Source: Candidatus Polarisedimenticolia bacterium (GTDB lineage: Bacteria; Acidobacteriota; Polarisedimenticolia; JACPZX01; DASXTC01). Taken from it: 64,000 bases of DNA. The position numbers and the translations under genes were made by a program. The notes beneath the pieces are model-generated. The model was not told where the DNA came from, searched no databases, and saw only the letters and a list, made by a program, of their open reading frames with translations. The stretch is from the NCBI GenBank assembly GCA_050747525.1, contig JBOGOC010000080.1, positions 18,294-82,293 on the forward strand, read 5' to 3'. Shown one piece after another: positions 1-9,793 of the stretch. The first letter of the stretch is position 1. Each line of letters opens with the position of its first letter.

Positions 1-698
1 CCCTCGCCGTCTTCCATCAGCTTGAGGGTGCGCGCGCGCAGCTCGCGGCGCGATGGGTCCTGCTCGTAGAACGTCCCCACCTCGGCGTACAGGTCCCAGC
101 AGGCATAGTCGAACGGCCCCCCGTGCGCGGCGGCCAGCCGGTCCACGTCCTGGAGGGAGCGCGCCTCCCTCAGGTGAATGAACCCGACCACCAGATCGGC
201 GACCTGCACGCCCGTGTCGTCGATGTAGTTCTGCACCTCCACGCGGCGCCCGGCGTGTCGCAGCAGGCGCACCAGCGTGTCTCCCAGCACGGCATTGCGC
301 AGGTGCCCGATATGTGCGGCTTTGTTGGGATTGATATTGGTGTGCTCCACGATCACCTTCTCGGCGCCCGGCTCGGGCTGCCGCGGGCGCGCGAGATCCT
401 CGATCAGCGCGGCCGGCACGCGCGCGCGATCCAGGAAGACGTTGATGTACCCGGCCCCCGCGATCTCCCAGCGCGCCACCCCCGCCACGTTCGGCATTCC
501 CTCCACGAGGGAGGAAGCGATGGTGCGCGGGCTCTTCTTCAGGGCGCGGGCCAGGTCGAAGGCGATGGGACAGGCCAGGTCACCCATCTCCAGGCTGGGA
601 GGGAACTCGAGGGTGACGCTGCCCGCATCGACCCCGAACAGGTCACGCACGCGGCCGGCGAGCGCGGTGCGCACGGCGGACTGAATGGCGGTGGACAT
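1..698 (-). CDS. argS: arginine--tRNA ligase, N-terminal part (gene continues past the left edge)
   Basis: Minus-strand translation from the ATG at 698 gives MSTAIQSAVRTALAGRVRDLF...VIVEHTNINPNKAAHIGHLRNAVLGDTLVRLLRHAGRRVEVQNYIDDTGVQV. This is the class-I HIGH motif in its typical ArgRS context. The ORF is absent from the track because it has no stop inside the window. Confidence 0.85.
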   Translation of the reverse strand, partial: MSTAIQSAVRTALAGRVRDLFGVDAGSVTLEFPPSLEMGDLACPIAFDLARALKKSPRTIASSLVEGMPNVAGVARWEIAGAGYINVFLDRARVPAALIEDLARPRQPEPGAEKVIVEHTNINPNKAAHIGHLRNAVLGDTLVRLLRHAGRRVEVQNYIDDTGVQVADLVVGFIHLREARSLQDVDRLAAAHGGPFDYACWDLYAEVGTFYEQDPSRRELRARTLKLMEDGE

Positions 699-718
699 GG
701 GGCGCGGAGTCTATCAGA

Positions 719-1252
719 TCAGGGAGATGGGGACGGCCCGCTCGAGGCGGGGAGTTTCAGCTCCAGGGCGATGTGCACCGGCTCGGATCCGGTGTGAGGC
801 GCCAGGCGCGAGCCCCGCAGAAGGCTGGCCAGAGCTTCCACCACGGGGCGCTCCACCATCAGCGCCCCCACGACGTCCACCCCCGAGATGGAGCCGTCCG
901 TCTCGACCGTCAGAAGGAACATGACCGAGACCGCGGGCCCGGCGCGCCGCTCCCGCAGGAAGGCCCCCGCCCCTATCCCGGGAGCCAGCAGGGCCGGGGT
1001 CGGGGTGACGGGCGGCGGGGGCTCCAGGGGGCCGAAAGCAGGATGGGCCGGGTCGTCGAGGAGGAGCCGGGTCGCATAGCGTCCGGCCACGGTGGTCCGC
1101 TCCCCGCCCTGCCTGGGCGGCGGCGCGGGCGCCGCCGGGCTCGTCTGCGGCAAGGCCTGGGGCTGGACGGGGGCGGGCGGGGACGAAGGCGGGGCGCATG
1201 CTGCAGACACGGCCGCTATCAGCGGTGCGGCCACGACGAAAGCGAGCTTCAG
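719..1252 (-). CDS. Pro-rich periplasmic protein with TonB-C-like C-terminal domain (start uncertain)
   Basis: The C-terminal part of ORF 719..1861 reads LKLAFVVAAPLIAAVSAACA (signal-like), then a Pro/Ala-rich linker, then a ~70-aa terminal domain (VSVMFLLTVETDGSISGVDVV...EPVHIALELKL). No ATG is available. The candidate starts are a CTG at 1252 overlapping the upstream stop (CTGA) and a GTG at 1234. Confidence 0.45.
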   Translation of the reverse strand: MKLAFVVAAPLIAAVSAACAPPSSPPAPVQPQALPQTSPAAPAPPPRQGGERTTVAGRYATRLLLDDPAHPAFGPLEPPPPVTPTPALLAPGIGAGAFLRERRAGPAVSVMFLLTVETDGSISGVDVVGALMVERPVVEALASLLRGSRLAPHTGSEPVHIALELKLPASSGPSPSP

Positions 1253-3144
1253 CGTGACGGGCCCGGGGATGACGAGTCGCGAGGGGCGATGCGCACCCCG
1301 GCCGGATGCGACGTCTCGGCGAACCCCTCGAAGGTGATCCCTTCGAGGCGGTAGTAGTACTTGCGGCCGGGCTGCGTGGTGTCGTCCACGTAGACGTAGC
1401 TCATGGGCTGTCCCTGCAGCCCGCCTCCCGGCACGAGCCAGGGGTTCAGGCGGGAGAAGGGGCCCAGCGGCCCGAGGCCGCGGTAGACGTTCCATCCCGC
1501 CACCCGTTGCTCGTCCTCGGTGGCCCATGCGAGCGAGACCCCCTGGTCGGTGGGGGATGCGGTGAAGCTGAGAAGGTCGTAGGGGACCCGCGGGTCGTGC
1601 TCGACGGCGAAGGCGTAATCGGCGGGAGCCGTGCCAGGCGACAGGTTCTGCACGAGCAGCTCGACCGCCGCGAGATGCCTCCAGGGCACGCTGATCTGGG
1701 CGAGTCCGGTGTCGTCGAGCTCCACCGGCACGAAGCGGACGTCGGAGGAGCCCGCCGCGCGCACCAGCAGCCCCACGTCCCATCGTCCCGCGCCGGCCCC
1801 TTCGAAGCGGATTTTCAGGCCGCCGTCGCTGCCGTCTCCGAGCAGCCGCACCAGCACGCATCCCATCGGAGCGATCGGGCCGTTGAGGGAAGCCCCGCGC
1901 ACAGGGAAGATCTCGTACGCCGCGTCCTCCACGGGAGTGGGGAGCAGAGCGGCGAAAGGATAGTGCCCGCCGTCATCGGCCTCTCCGAGAAAGAGATTCC
2001 AGACGTTGAAGACGCGGATTTCCTCGGCCAGTGAGGACTGCATCGTGCGCTGCAGCACGCGGTCCATCGCCTCGAGGGTGTTGTTGCCCGGCATGGCGGC
2101 CATCTCATCCCACAGGCGGCGCACCAGCATGGCGTCTCCACCGCTGCTCTGGACCAGGTAGTGAGGCCACAGGAAGCCTTCCAGGGTCAGGGTGAGGCTC
2201 GGCTGCTCGGGACCGTGTCCGCGGCGCAGCGAGCGGGCGCCGAGCGACGCCAGGGCGTGCCTCAAGGACCCTTCCAGATGATTCTCCAGGTACAGGGCGC
2301 TCGATTCGTGCCACCAGATCGACTCGCGCGAGGATTCCCTGGCCTGCAGGACGTGGGCAATCTGGTGGGCCAGCGCCGGGCGCGCCGTGGCTCCCGGCCG
2401 GGCCAGCGCCGTGCTCAGGAAGATGGCCGAAGCGACCCCTTCGGGCGCCTCCGCCGCCGCGTCCTCCAGCGCCCTGCGGACGGCCCCCGGCCTCGCCGAA
2501 GAGGTCATGGGCCGCGTGAAGCCCTCGAGCGCGTTGTCTCCGGTGCCGGCCAGCCCCACGAGATAAACGTCCACGACGTCGGTGGACGGCAGGGGCCACG
2601 ACATCTTCTGCACGAAGTCGGCCAGCACGTCGCTCAGATCCGACGCCAGCCGCTCCACGCCGTCGGGGGCGCCGCTGCGATCCAGGTCTGTGGTGTCGAC
2701 CCGATCGGCGGAGGATGGCTGGGTCGTGTAGTGGATGCGGAACTCTCCGCCCGCGCTGGGGAGGCTCGATGACAGTGCCGCGGGCGAGACGCCAGCGGCC
2801 CGGTCCAGCAGCATCCGGGAGCGGTGGTTCAGGCGCCCTTCATGCTGAGACAGCGCCATCATCAGCGGCGTGGCGCATCCGTGCGCGCGTTCGCCGGACG
2901 ACAGGGAAACCAGCGCGTCGGTGCGCGTCATGGTCCCCAGCCCCTGCGCCATGCGCGGCGGAAACTGGATCGGCCGGGTCCAGGAGCGGACCAGATCGGC
3001 CATCGCGGGCGCCTCTTCCTCATGGGGGGCCGGAGCGGGCGGCGCGGCGTAGGAGGCGGTCAGGCCGGCGCCGAGCACGGCGAGCAGTGTGGCTGTCGCG
3101 TGAATCGGCGATTTCGGCTTGGACACAGACGAACCCCCTCCCAT
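1249..3144 (-). CDS. secreted hypothetical protein with C-terminal Fn3-like domain and an HxxxH (HQIAH) motif
   Basis: Internal ATG at 3144 of ORF 1249..4029 gives MGGGSSVSKPKSPIHATATLLAVLGAGLTASYAAPP (signal-like). The ORF segment upstream of it is Arg/Gly/Pro junk. The C-terminus (VSLAWATEDEQRVAGWNVYRG...GRKYYYRLEGI) is Fn3-like. Confidence 0.75.
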   Translation of the reverse strand: MGGGSSVSKPKSPIHATATLLAVLGAGLTASYAAPPAPAPHEEEAPAMADLVRSWTRPIQFPPRMAQGLGTMTRTDALVSLSSGERAHGCATPLMMALSQHEGRLNHRSRMLLDRAAGVSPAALSSSLPSAGGEFRIHYTTQPSSADRVDTTDLDRSGAPDGVERLASDLSDVLADFVQKMSWPLPSTDVVDVYLVGLAGTGDNALEGFTRPMTSSARPGAVRRALEDAAAEAPEGVASAIFLSTALARPGATARPALAHQIAHVLQARESSRESIWWHESSALYLENHLEGSLRHALASLGARSLRRGHGPEQPSLTLTLEGFLWPHYLVQSSGGDAMLVRRLWDEMAAMPGNNTLEAMDRVLQRTMQSSLAEEIRVFNVWNLFLGEADDGGHYPFAALLPTPVEDAAYEIFPVRGASLNGPIAPMGCVLVRLLGDGSDGGLKIRFEGAGAGRWDVGLLVRAAGSSDVRFVPVELDDTGLAQISVPWRHLAAVELLVQNLSPGTAPADYAFAVEHDPRVPYDLLSFTASPTDQGVSLAWATEDEQRVAGWNVYRGLGPLGPFSRLNPWLVPGGGLQGQPMSYVYVDDTTQPGRKYYYRLEGITFEGFAETSHPAGVRIAPRDSSSPGPSR

Positions 3145-3245
3145 GTGACGGAAAGTCCGGTGAAGTATATGCAGGGCTCCCGCCCGGGTCAAGGGGCGCC
3201 ACACGGAAACATCTGAGACGAAATGGCTTGCGCGGCCAGGGGGCT

Positions 3246-4016
3246 TTATTCGCCGTCCACTCTGATCAGAATGACGGTGATGTTGTCTTCTCCGCCGTTC
3301 TCGTTGGCCCGAGCAACCAGTATCCTGGCCGCCTCGTCCACGTCGCCACCGTGCCCCAGCACGATCTCCTTGATGGAGTCGTCGTCCATCATCGTGTTGA
3401 GCCCGTCGGAGCACAGGAGCAGGAAGTCGCCCCTCTGCAGGGTCTGCTCTGCCACGTCCACGGCGACGTCCTCGCGGCTCCCCAGGGCGCGCGTGACCAC
3501 GTTGCGGAAGGGGTGCCGGTTGGCGTCGCCGCGGGAGAGGAACCCCAGCTTCACCTGCTCGTTCACCCAGGAGTGGTCGCTGGTGATCTGCCGGATCGAG
3601 TCGTCTCGGATGAGGTAGGCCCGGCTGTCGCCCACGTGCCCCACGTACGCCCGGCCCTCGCTGTTGATCATCGCCCCCACCAGGGTGGTCCCCATACCCT
3701 CGAGGTCCTTCTTCTGGCTGATGGTGTCGAGGATCTTCTGATTGGCCAGCCGGATGGCGGTCTTGAGGCGGTTCCCTTCCATGGGAATCGACAGGTCGTA
3801 CTCGTAGGGCCAGGTGATCTCGGCGTCGCGGCGGGTGGAGGCGATGAAGTCGGCGATGGCCGACACGGCGAGGCGCGAGGCCACCTCTCCGGCCGCATGC
3901 CCGCCCATGCCGTCGGCCACCACGAAGAGGCGATCCTCCGGCACGACGGCGAAACAGTCTTCGTTCGCGTCGCGCTTTCGGCCGACGTCGGTCACACCAC
4001 GATAGGTTGTTTTCAT
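3246..4016 (-). CDS. PP2C-family Ser/Thr protein phosphatase (Stp1-like)
   Basis: GVTDVGRKRDANEDCF...VVADGMGGHAAGEVAS...LLCSDGL...ANENGGEDNITVILI carries the canonical PPM/PP2C motifs. Confidence 0.95.
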   Translation of the reverse strand: MKTTYRGVTDVGRKRDANEDCFAVVPEDRLFVVADGMGGHAAGEVASRLAVSAIADFIASTRRDAEITWPYEYDLSIPMEGNRLKTAIRLANQKILDTISQKKDLEGMGTTLVGAMINSEGRAYVGHVGDSRAYLIRDDSIRQITSDHSWVNEQVKLGFLSRGDANRHPFRNVVTRALGSREDVAVDVAEQTLQRGDFLLLCSDGLNTMMDDDSIKEIVLGHGGDVDEAARILVARANENGGEDNITVILIRVDGE

Positions 4017-4077
4017 CGATGGCCCGCAACGATTCCCCGGGGGAGGATACAGCGCCGCTTCTGCCGCTGTAAAGCGT

Positions 4078-5160
4078 TCAGTGCCCCGGGCGCCCGCCAG
4101 TGCGCTCGTTTCTGCTGTCGACCACCTTCTTGGCGTGGCGGCGGATGACCTCGGAGACGTTCTTGTCCACGGCCAGGATCTTGAGGTCGCGCTGGTTGAG
4201 CCGCGACACCATGGTCATGGCGATGGCGGGTGGGGTCTTGGGGTTGGCTGCCAGGGCCGAGATGACGGCGTAGTTCTTGGACCAGTCCCGGTTGCCGGCG
4301 ATGAGGCGCAGAACCTCCTCGGTGACGCTGCGCATCCGCGCGATCGCCTCGACCTCGTTCTCGGTGAGCTTGGGGCTCTCCATCACCGCTTCCTGCACCG
4401 ACTTGCTGGGATCTTTGATGAGGATCGTCCGATCTTCGCGCGATCCTTTGAAGGCGAGCTGGATCTTCTCGGCGGTGTTCATCCGCATGATGCGGCGGGT
4501 GGCGTTGTCGGCCATCACGTCGTCTGCGGCCGCCTCTTCCCCGGCGGGCGCTTGCGCCTCGACGACGGGCGGGAGCTCGGGCGGGGCGGGGGGCGGCCCG
4601 TGGATGGTGGCATGGGCCTGGGGCGGCTCGGGCGCGAAGGCCACAGGACGGTCGATGAAGTGACGGCGGTACTCCTCCACCCGTGAGCGGTGAAGGGGGG
4701 TGGCCGACGGGTGTGCGGCGATGCGATCCAGCAGGCGCGGGTTGGCGATCAGGCGCTGCTGGTTCAGCAGGAGCTGGTCCAGGTGGGTGGCGCCGAGGCG
4801 GGGGATGAGCGCCTCGAGGGTGACCACGGCGGTCGAGGGGTTCACCAGCAGCGGCTCCACCAGCTCGGGCTTCATGGAAGCGGAGAGCGCGATGTGATGC
4901 AGGACCTCGGGGACGGTGGCCGGGTCCGACAGCGCCTCCTTCAGCTCGGGGATCGACAGGGAGCACAGCCGCGACGAGGCTTCCTGGCGCACCGCGTGGT
5001 CGGCGTCGCGCTGCAGCGCCACCAGCACGCGCAGCAGCTCGGGGCGCGCCAGGGGGAGCACGCCGCGTGCGGCCGAGAGTCGGATGGCGTGAGGAGCGCG
5101 GCCTTCCAGGAGCGCGGAGGCGAGTGGGCTCAGCTCGGCTCGAGCGTCAGGGGCGGCCAT
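4078..5160 (-). CDS. hypothetical helical-repeat protein
   Basis: 360-aa ORF with protein-like composition and repeated helical units (NPKTPPAIAMTMVSRLNQRDLKILAVDKNVS). It overlaps the upstream RodZ-like stop by 14 nt. I recognise no family. Confidence 0.7.
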   Translation of the reverse strand: MAAPDARAELSPLASALLEGRAPHAIRLSAARGVLPLARPELLRVLVALQRDADHAVRQEASSRLCSLSIPELKEALSDPATVPEVLHHIALSASMKPELVEPLLVNPSTAVVTLEALIPRLGATHLDQLLLNQQRLIANPRLLDRIAAHPSATPLHRSRVEEYRRHFIDRPVAFAPEPPQAHATIHGPPPAPPELPPVVEAQAPAGEEAAADDVMADNATRRIMRMNTAEKIQLAFKGSREDRTILIKDPSKSVQEAVMESPKLTENEVEAIARMRSVTEEVLRLIAGNRDWSKNYAVISALAANPKTPPAIAMTMVSRLNQRDLKILAVDKNVSEVIRRHAKKVVDSRNERTGGRPGH

Positions 5161-6175
5161 CGGGGGACGCCGGTGCCGGTGGTGGAGGGGGAGGAGCCAC
5201 CTGCACCGCCTCGACCTTCTCGCCCATCGCCCCCAGCAGGGCCGCGGGCTTCCCGTCCACCGAGTACTGCACCGCTCCGGCGTTGTCCGCGCTCAAAAGC
5301 ACCGGCTCGGCGCACAGCAGCGTACGCGCCTGCCCGGGCCACAGCTCCTGATTGAGCGTTATGCGCGGGCCGCACTCCATCCGCACGCGGGTCACCTCGG
5401 TCGCCTGCACCCGGATGACGTGCTCGATGGGGGGGGGCGGGGCAGCTTCGCCCTCGGGGGGGGCGGAGGTGGCGGTCGACGTGGAGCCGTCTCCGGCGGG
5501 GTTCTCCGATGTGGTCGTGGTCGTGGGCTGCACGGGCTCCGGGGTCACTCCTTCCGCGCTGGCGATCCCGGGGACCGGCGGTGGATCCGTGCGGGTGGCG
5601 CGCGCCATGCGTGCCGACGAGGTCCCTCCGGCGCGCCCTTCGCGCCGCGCTCCGGACAGGCTCATCACCAGCACCACCACGGTCAGCAGCACGATCACCC
5701 CGCCGGCTCCCCACCAGAGCGCCGGCGAACCGACCGCCTGCACCCCTTCGGGGCGGTGCGACGGGACGATGTGGCGCCTCTCCGCGGGGATGTCCCGTCC
5801 GCGGGCTTCACGGCCACGCGCTTCGCGATCGGCGCCCCCCTTCGGGCGTGGCGCCGTAGGGGTGGGGCGCGATTCGGGGCGGAACACCTCGGCGGCCGGC
5901 TGAGCAGCTGCCGCTGTCGGGGCCGCGTGGCGCGCCTCGCGCTGGGAGATCTCGTGCAGGTAGGCGTTGACCATCTCCTCGCCGTCAACGCCGATGAACC
6001 GCGCGTACGCGCGGATGAACCCGCGGTTGAAGACGCCGCCCGGCAGGACGTCGTAGTTGTCCTGCTCGAGGGCCTCGAGGAACCGGATGCTGATCTTGGT
6101 GGCTTCGGAGATCTCCTTGAGGGAGATATCCCGCAGCTCACGCTCTCTCTTCAGTTCCTCCCCGAAGGAGGCCAT
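5147..6175 (-). CDS. rodZ: RodZ-like helix-turn-helix protein with TM segment and DUF4115-like C-terminus
   Basis: The N-terminus FGEELKRERELRDISLKEISEATKISIRFLEALEQDNYDVLPGGVFNRGFIRAYARFIG is the RodZ-type HTH. A TM helix (ALWWGAGGVIVLLTVVVLVMSL) follows, then a C-terminal beta domain (IRVQATEVTRVRMECGPRI). Confidence 0.85.
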   Translation of the reverse strand: MASFGEELKRERELRDISLKEISEATKISIRFLEALEQDNYDVLPGGVFNRGFIRAYARFIGVDGEEMVNAYLHEISQREARHAAPTAAAAQPAAEVFRPESRPTPTAPRPKGGADREARGREARGRDIPAERRHIVPSHRPEGVQAVGSPALWWGAGGVIVLLTVVVLVMSLSGARREGRAGGTSSARMARATRTDPPPVPGIASAEGVTPEPVQPTTTTTSENPAGDGSTSTATSAPPEGEAAPPPPIEHVIRVQATEVTRVRMECGPRITLNQELWPGQARTLLCAEPVLLSADNAGAVQYSVDGKPAALLGAMGEKVEAVQVAPPPPPPAPASPDGRP

Positions 6176-6237
6176 GCGTCGGTGTTCTCCAAAGAACTCA
6201 GTTTAAGGTCGTCCCGGGGCCTCGCGCCAGCCGGGCG

Positions 6238-7797
<1,560 letters not shown>

Positions 7798-7872
7798 CGC
7801 CCGGCGGGAATCCGCCTGATGCGGAGCGGAATATGTGGGGACTGATGGGGGAGGTCAAGGTGCTGGATTCCC

Positions 7873-9321
7873 ATGAAGGATGACGAGTTCCGGCAGGCAG
7901 GGCACCGGCTGATCGACCTCCTGGCCTCCTACCTGGAGACGATCGAGGACCGGCCGCTGTTTCCCGACGTGAGCCCGCGCAGGCTGAGCGAGCTGTTCGA
8001 CGAGCCGATGCCCCGGGAAGGGGCGACCCTGGCCGAGGTCCTCCAGCAGGTGGAGGAGAAGCTGATCCCCCACTGCGCCCACGTCGGGCACCCCGGATAC
8101 ATGGGGCTCATCACCCCCAGCCCTCTGCCGGCCGGGGTGCTGGCCGATCTGCTGGCCTCGGGGCTCAACCAGAACGTGGGGGCCTGGACCATCGGTCCCT
8201 CGGCGGTGGCGCTGGAGCGACGCACCGTCCGGTGGCTGACCGACCTGGTGGGGTGGGGAGACGGGGCCGGAGGAAACCTCACCAGCGGCGGCATGGCGGC
8301 CAACTTCATCGGCCTCAAGGTGGCGCGCGACGCCGTCTCGGGCGACACCGCCCAGCACCGCGGAGTGGAGGGGGCCTGGGCCGCGTACACGTCCGAGGAG
8401 CGGCACGTGTCGGTGGACAAGGCGGCCGACTGCATCGGCATCGGCCGCCAGGGGCTTCGGGTCCTCCCCACGGACGAACGCTTCCGGCTGCGGCTCGATG
8501 CGCTGGAGCAGGCCATCCGCGAAGACCGGGCCCGCGGCGTGCGTCCGCTGTGCATCGTGGCCATGGGCGGGAGCACCAACACCGGAGCGGTGGACGACCT
8601 GGAGGCGCTGCGGCGCATCGCCGATCGCGAGTCGATGTGGCTGCACGTGGACGCCGCGTACGGCGGGGGGATGCTCCTGTCGCACCGCTACCCGGGGCGC
8701 CTGGCGGGTCTGCACCTGGCCGACTCGGTGACCATCGACCCGCACAAGTGGTTCTACGCGCCGCTGGACGTGGGCGCGATCCTGGTGAAGGACGAGCGCC
8801 GGCTGACCGCCTCGTTCGGGATGAGCCCCGCGTACCTCACCGACGAGATGGACGCCGAAGGAGAGCGCTACAACTACTACGTGCACGGCTTCGAGCAGTC
8901 ACGCCGGTTCCGGGGGCTGAAGGTATGGATGAGCCTGAAGCGCTATGGGGCGAAGCAGATCGGCGCGTGGGTGGATGCCAACGTGGACCAGGCGCGGCGC
9001 CTGTACGAGCTGGCCCATGAGCATCCGAAGTTCGAGCCGGCCGTCGAGCCTCTCATGTCGGCCGTGTGCCTGCGCTACACCGGCGGCCCCGGCGGCCCCG
9101 ATGAAGACGCTGTTGCCGGACTGCATGCGCGGGTGGCCCGCCGCGTGGAGGAAGGGGGCCGCTTCTGGTTCTCCACCACCGTGCTCAAGGGGAAGACCTG
9201 GTTCCGCGTGAACCCGGTCAACTTCCGCACCCGCATGGAGCACATGGACGAGCTGTTCGATCTGCTCGTCAGGGAGTGTGCGAGCCCTGAGCGCCCATCT
9301 CGAGGGAGTAGTAGACCTTGA
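7873..9321 (+). CDS. pyridoxal-dependent (group II, aromatic-L-amino-acid/DDC-like) decarboxylase
   Basis: SGGMAANFIGL...CIVAMGGSTNTGAVDDL...WLHVDAAYGG...SVTIDPHKWFYAPLDVG contains the PLP-lysine motif. Confidence 0.9.
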   Translation: MKDDEFRQAGHRLIDLLASYLETIEDRPLFPDVSPRRLSELFDEPMPREGATLAEVLQQVEEKLIPHCAHVGHPGYMGLITPSPLPAGVLADLLASGLNQNVGAWTIGPSAVALERRTVRWLTDLVGWGDGAGGNLTSGGMAANFIGLKVARDAVSGDTAQHRGVEGAWAAYTSEERHVSVDKAADCIGIGRQGLRVLPTDERFRLRLDALEQAIREDRARGVRPLCIVAMGGSTNTGAVDDLEALRRIADRESMWLHVDAAYGGGMLLSHRYPGRLAGLHLADSVTIDPHKWFYAPLDVGAILVKDERRLTASFGMSPAYLTDEMDAEGERYNYYVHGFEQSRRFRGLKVWMSLKRYGAKQIGAWVDANVDQARRLYELAHEHPKFEPAVEPLMSAVCLRYTGGPGGPDEDAVAGLHARVARRVEEGGRFWFSTTVLKGKTWFRVNPVNFRTRMEHMDELFDLLVRECASPERPSRGSSRP

Positions 9322-9688
9322 CCTCCTGCGTGGTGCCGGCCATCTCACGTTCGCCTTCCGGCTTCAGGATGATCCGGATCGAGTAGTCCCCAAGCTCCTT
9401 GAGCTCCAGGTCCTTCTTGAAAGCCGGAGACTCCACCAGAGCTTCGGGGGTCGCCGTGCAGGGCTGCTCCTTCCGTTCGTCGTAGCGGATGCCTGCCGGG
9501 CTCGTGTAGACCCGGTCGATCCTCAAGAGACACGTCGTTCCTTCGGTGATCCCCTTCAGGTCACCCTTGACGGTCAGGAGCAGCGGCACCCTGCCGCTGT
9601 GCGTCGACACTTGCAGCGAAAGGTCGACCGGTGTCTGGCTGGCGAGGAGCAGCGGAAAGGAGAGCGCGATCAGCAGCGGCGTGTGCAT
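9269..9688 (-). CDS. small secreted hypothetical protein (139 aa)
   Basis: Internal ATG of ORF 9269..10714 gives MHTPLLIALSFPLLLASQTP (signal peptide) followed by a beta-rich sequence. The ORF part upstream of it is antisense junk over the sigma-54 activator gene. Confidence 0.6.
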   Translation of the reverse strand: MHTPLLIALSFPLLLASQTPVDLSLQVSTHSGRVPLLLTVKGDLKGITEGTTCLLRIDRVYTSPAGIRYDERKEQPCTATPEALVESPAFKKDLELKELGDYSIRIILKPEGEREMAGTTQEVKVYYSLEMGAQGSHTP

Positions 9689-9793
9689 GGGGCACCTCCA
9701 TGGGCCGGGACGTCGTGTCCCATCATATATCAATGTCCCTGAGCCGGAAAACGCGGCGCGGCGCCCATGCCGGGGTGATAAGATTCCGACATC

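Noticed and set aside
3145-4029. N-terminal extensions of several track ORFs: 1249-4029, 9269-10714, 12119-13804, 30516-32546, 45348-47384, 47174-52909, 52783-56967 and 56100-59747
   Set aside because: The upstream parts are Arg/Gly/Pro-rich junk overlapping neighbouring genes. Internal ATGs give signal peptides or sensible N-termini and fit RBS or stop-start coupling, so the shorter models were used.
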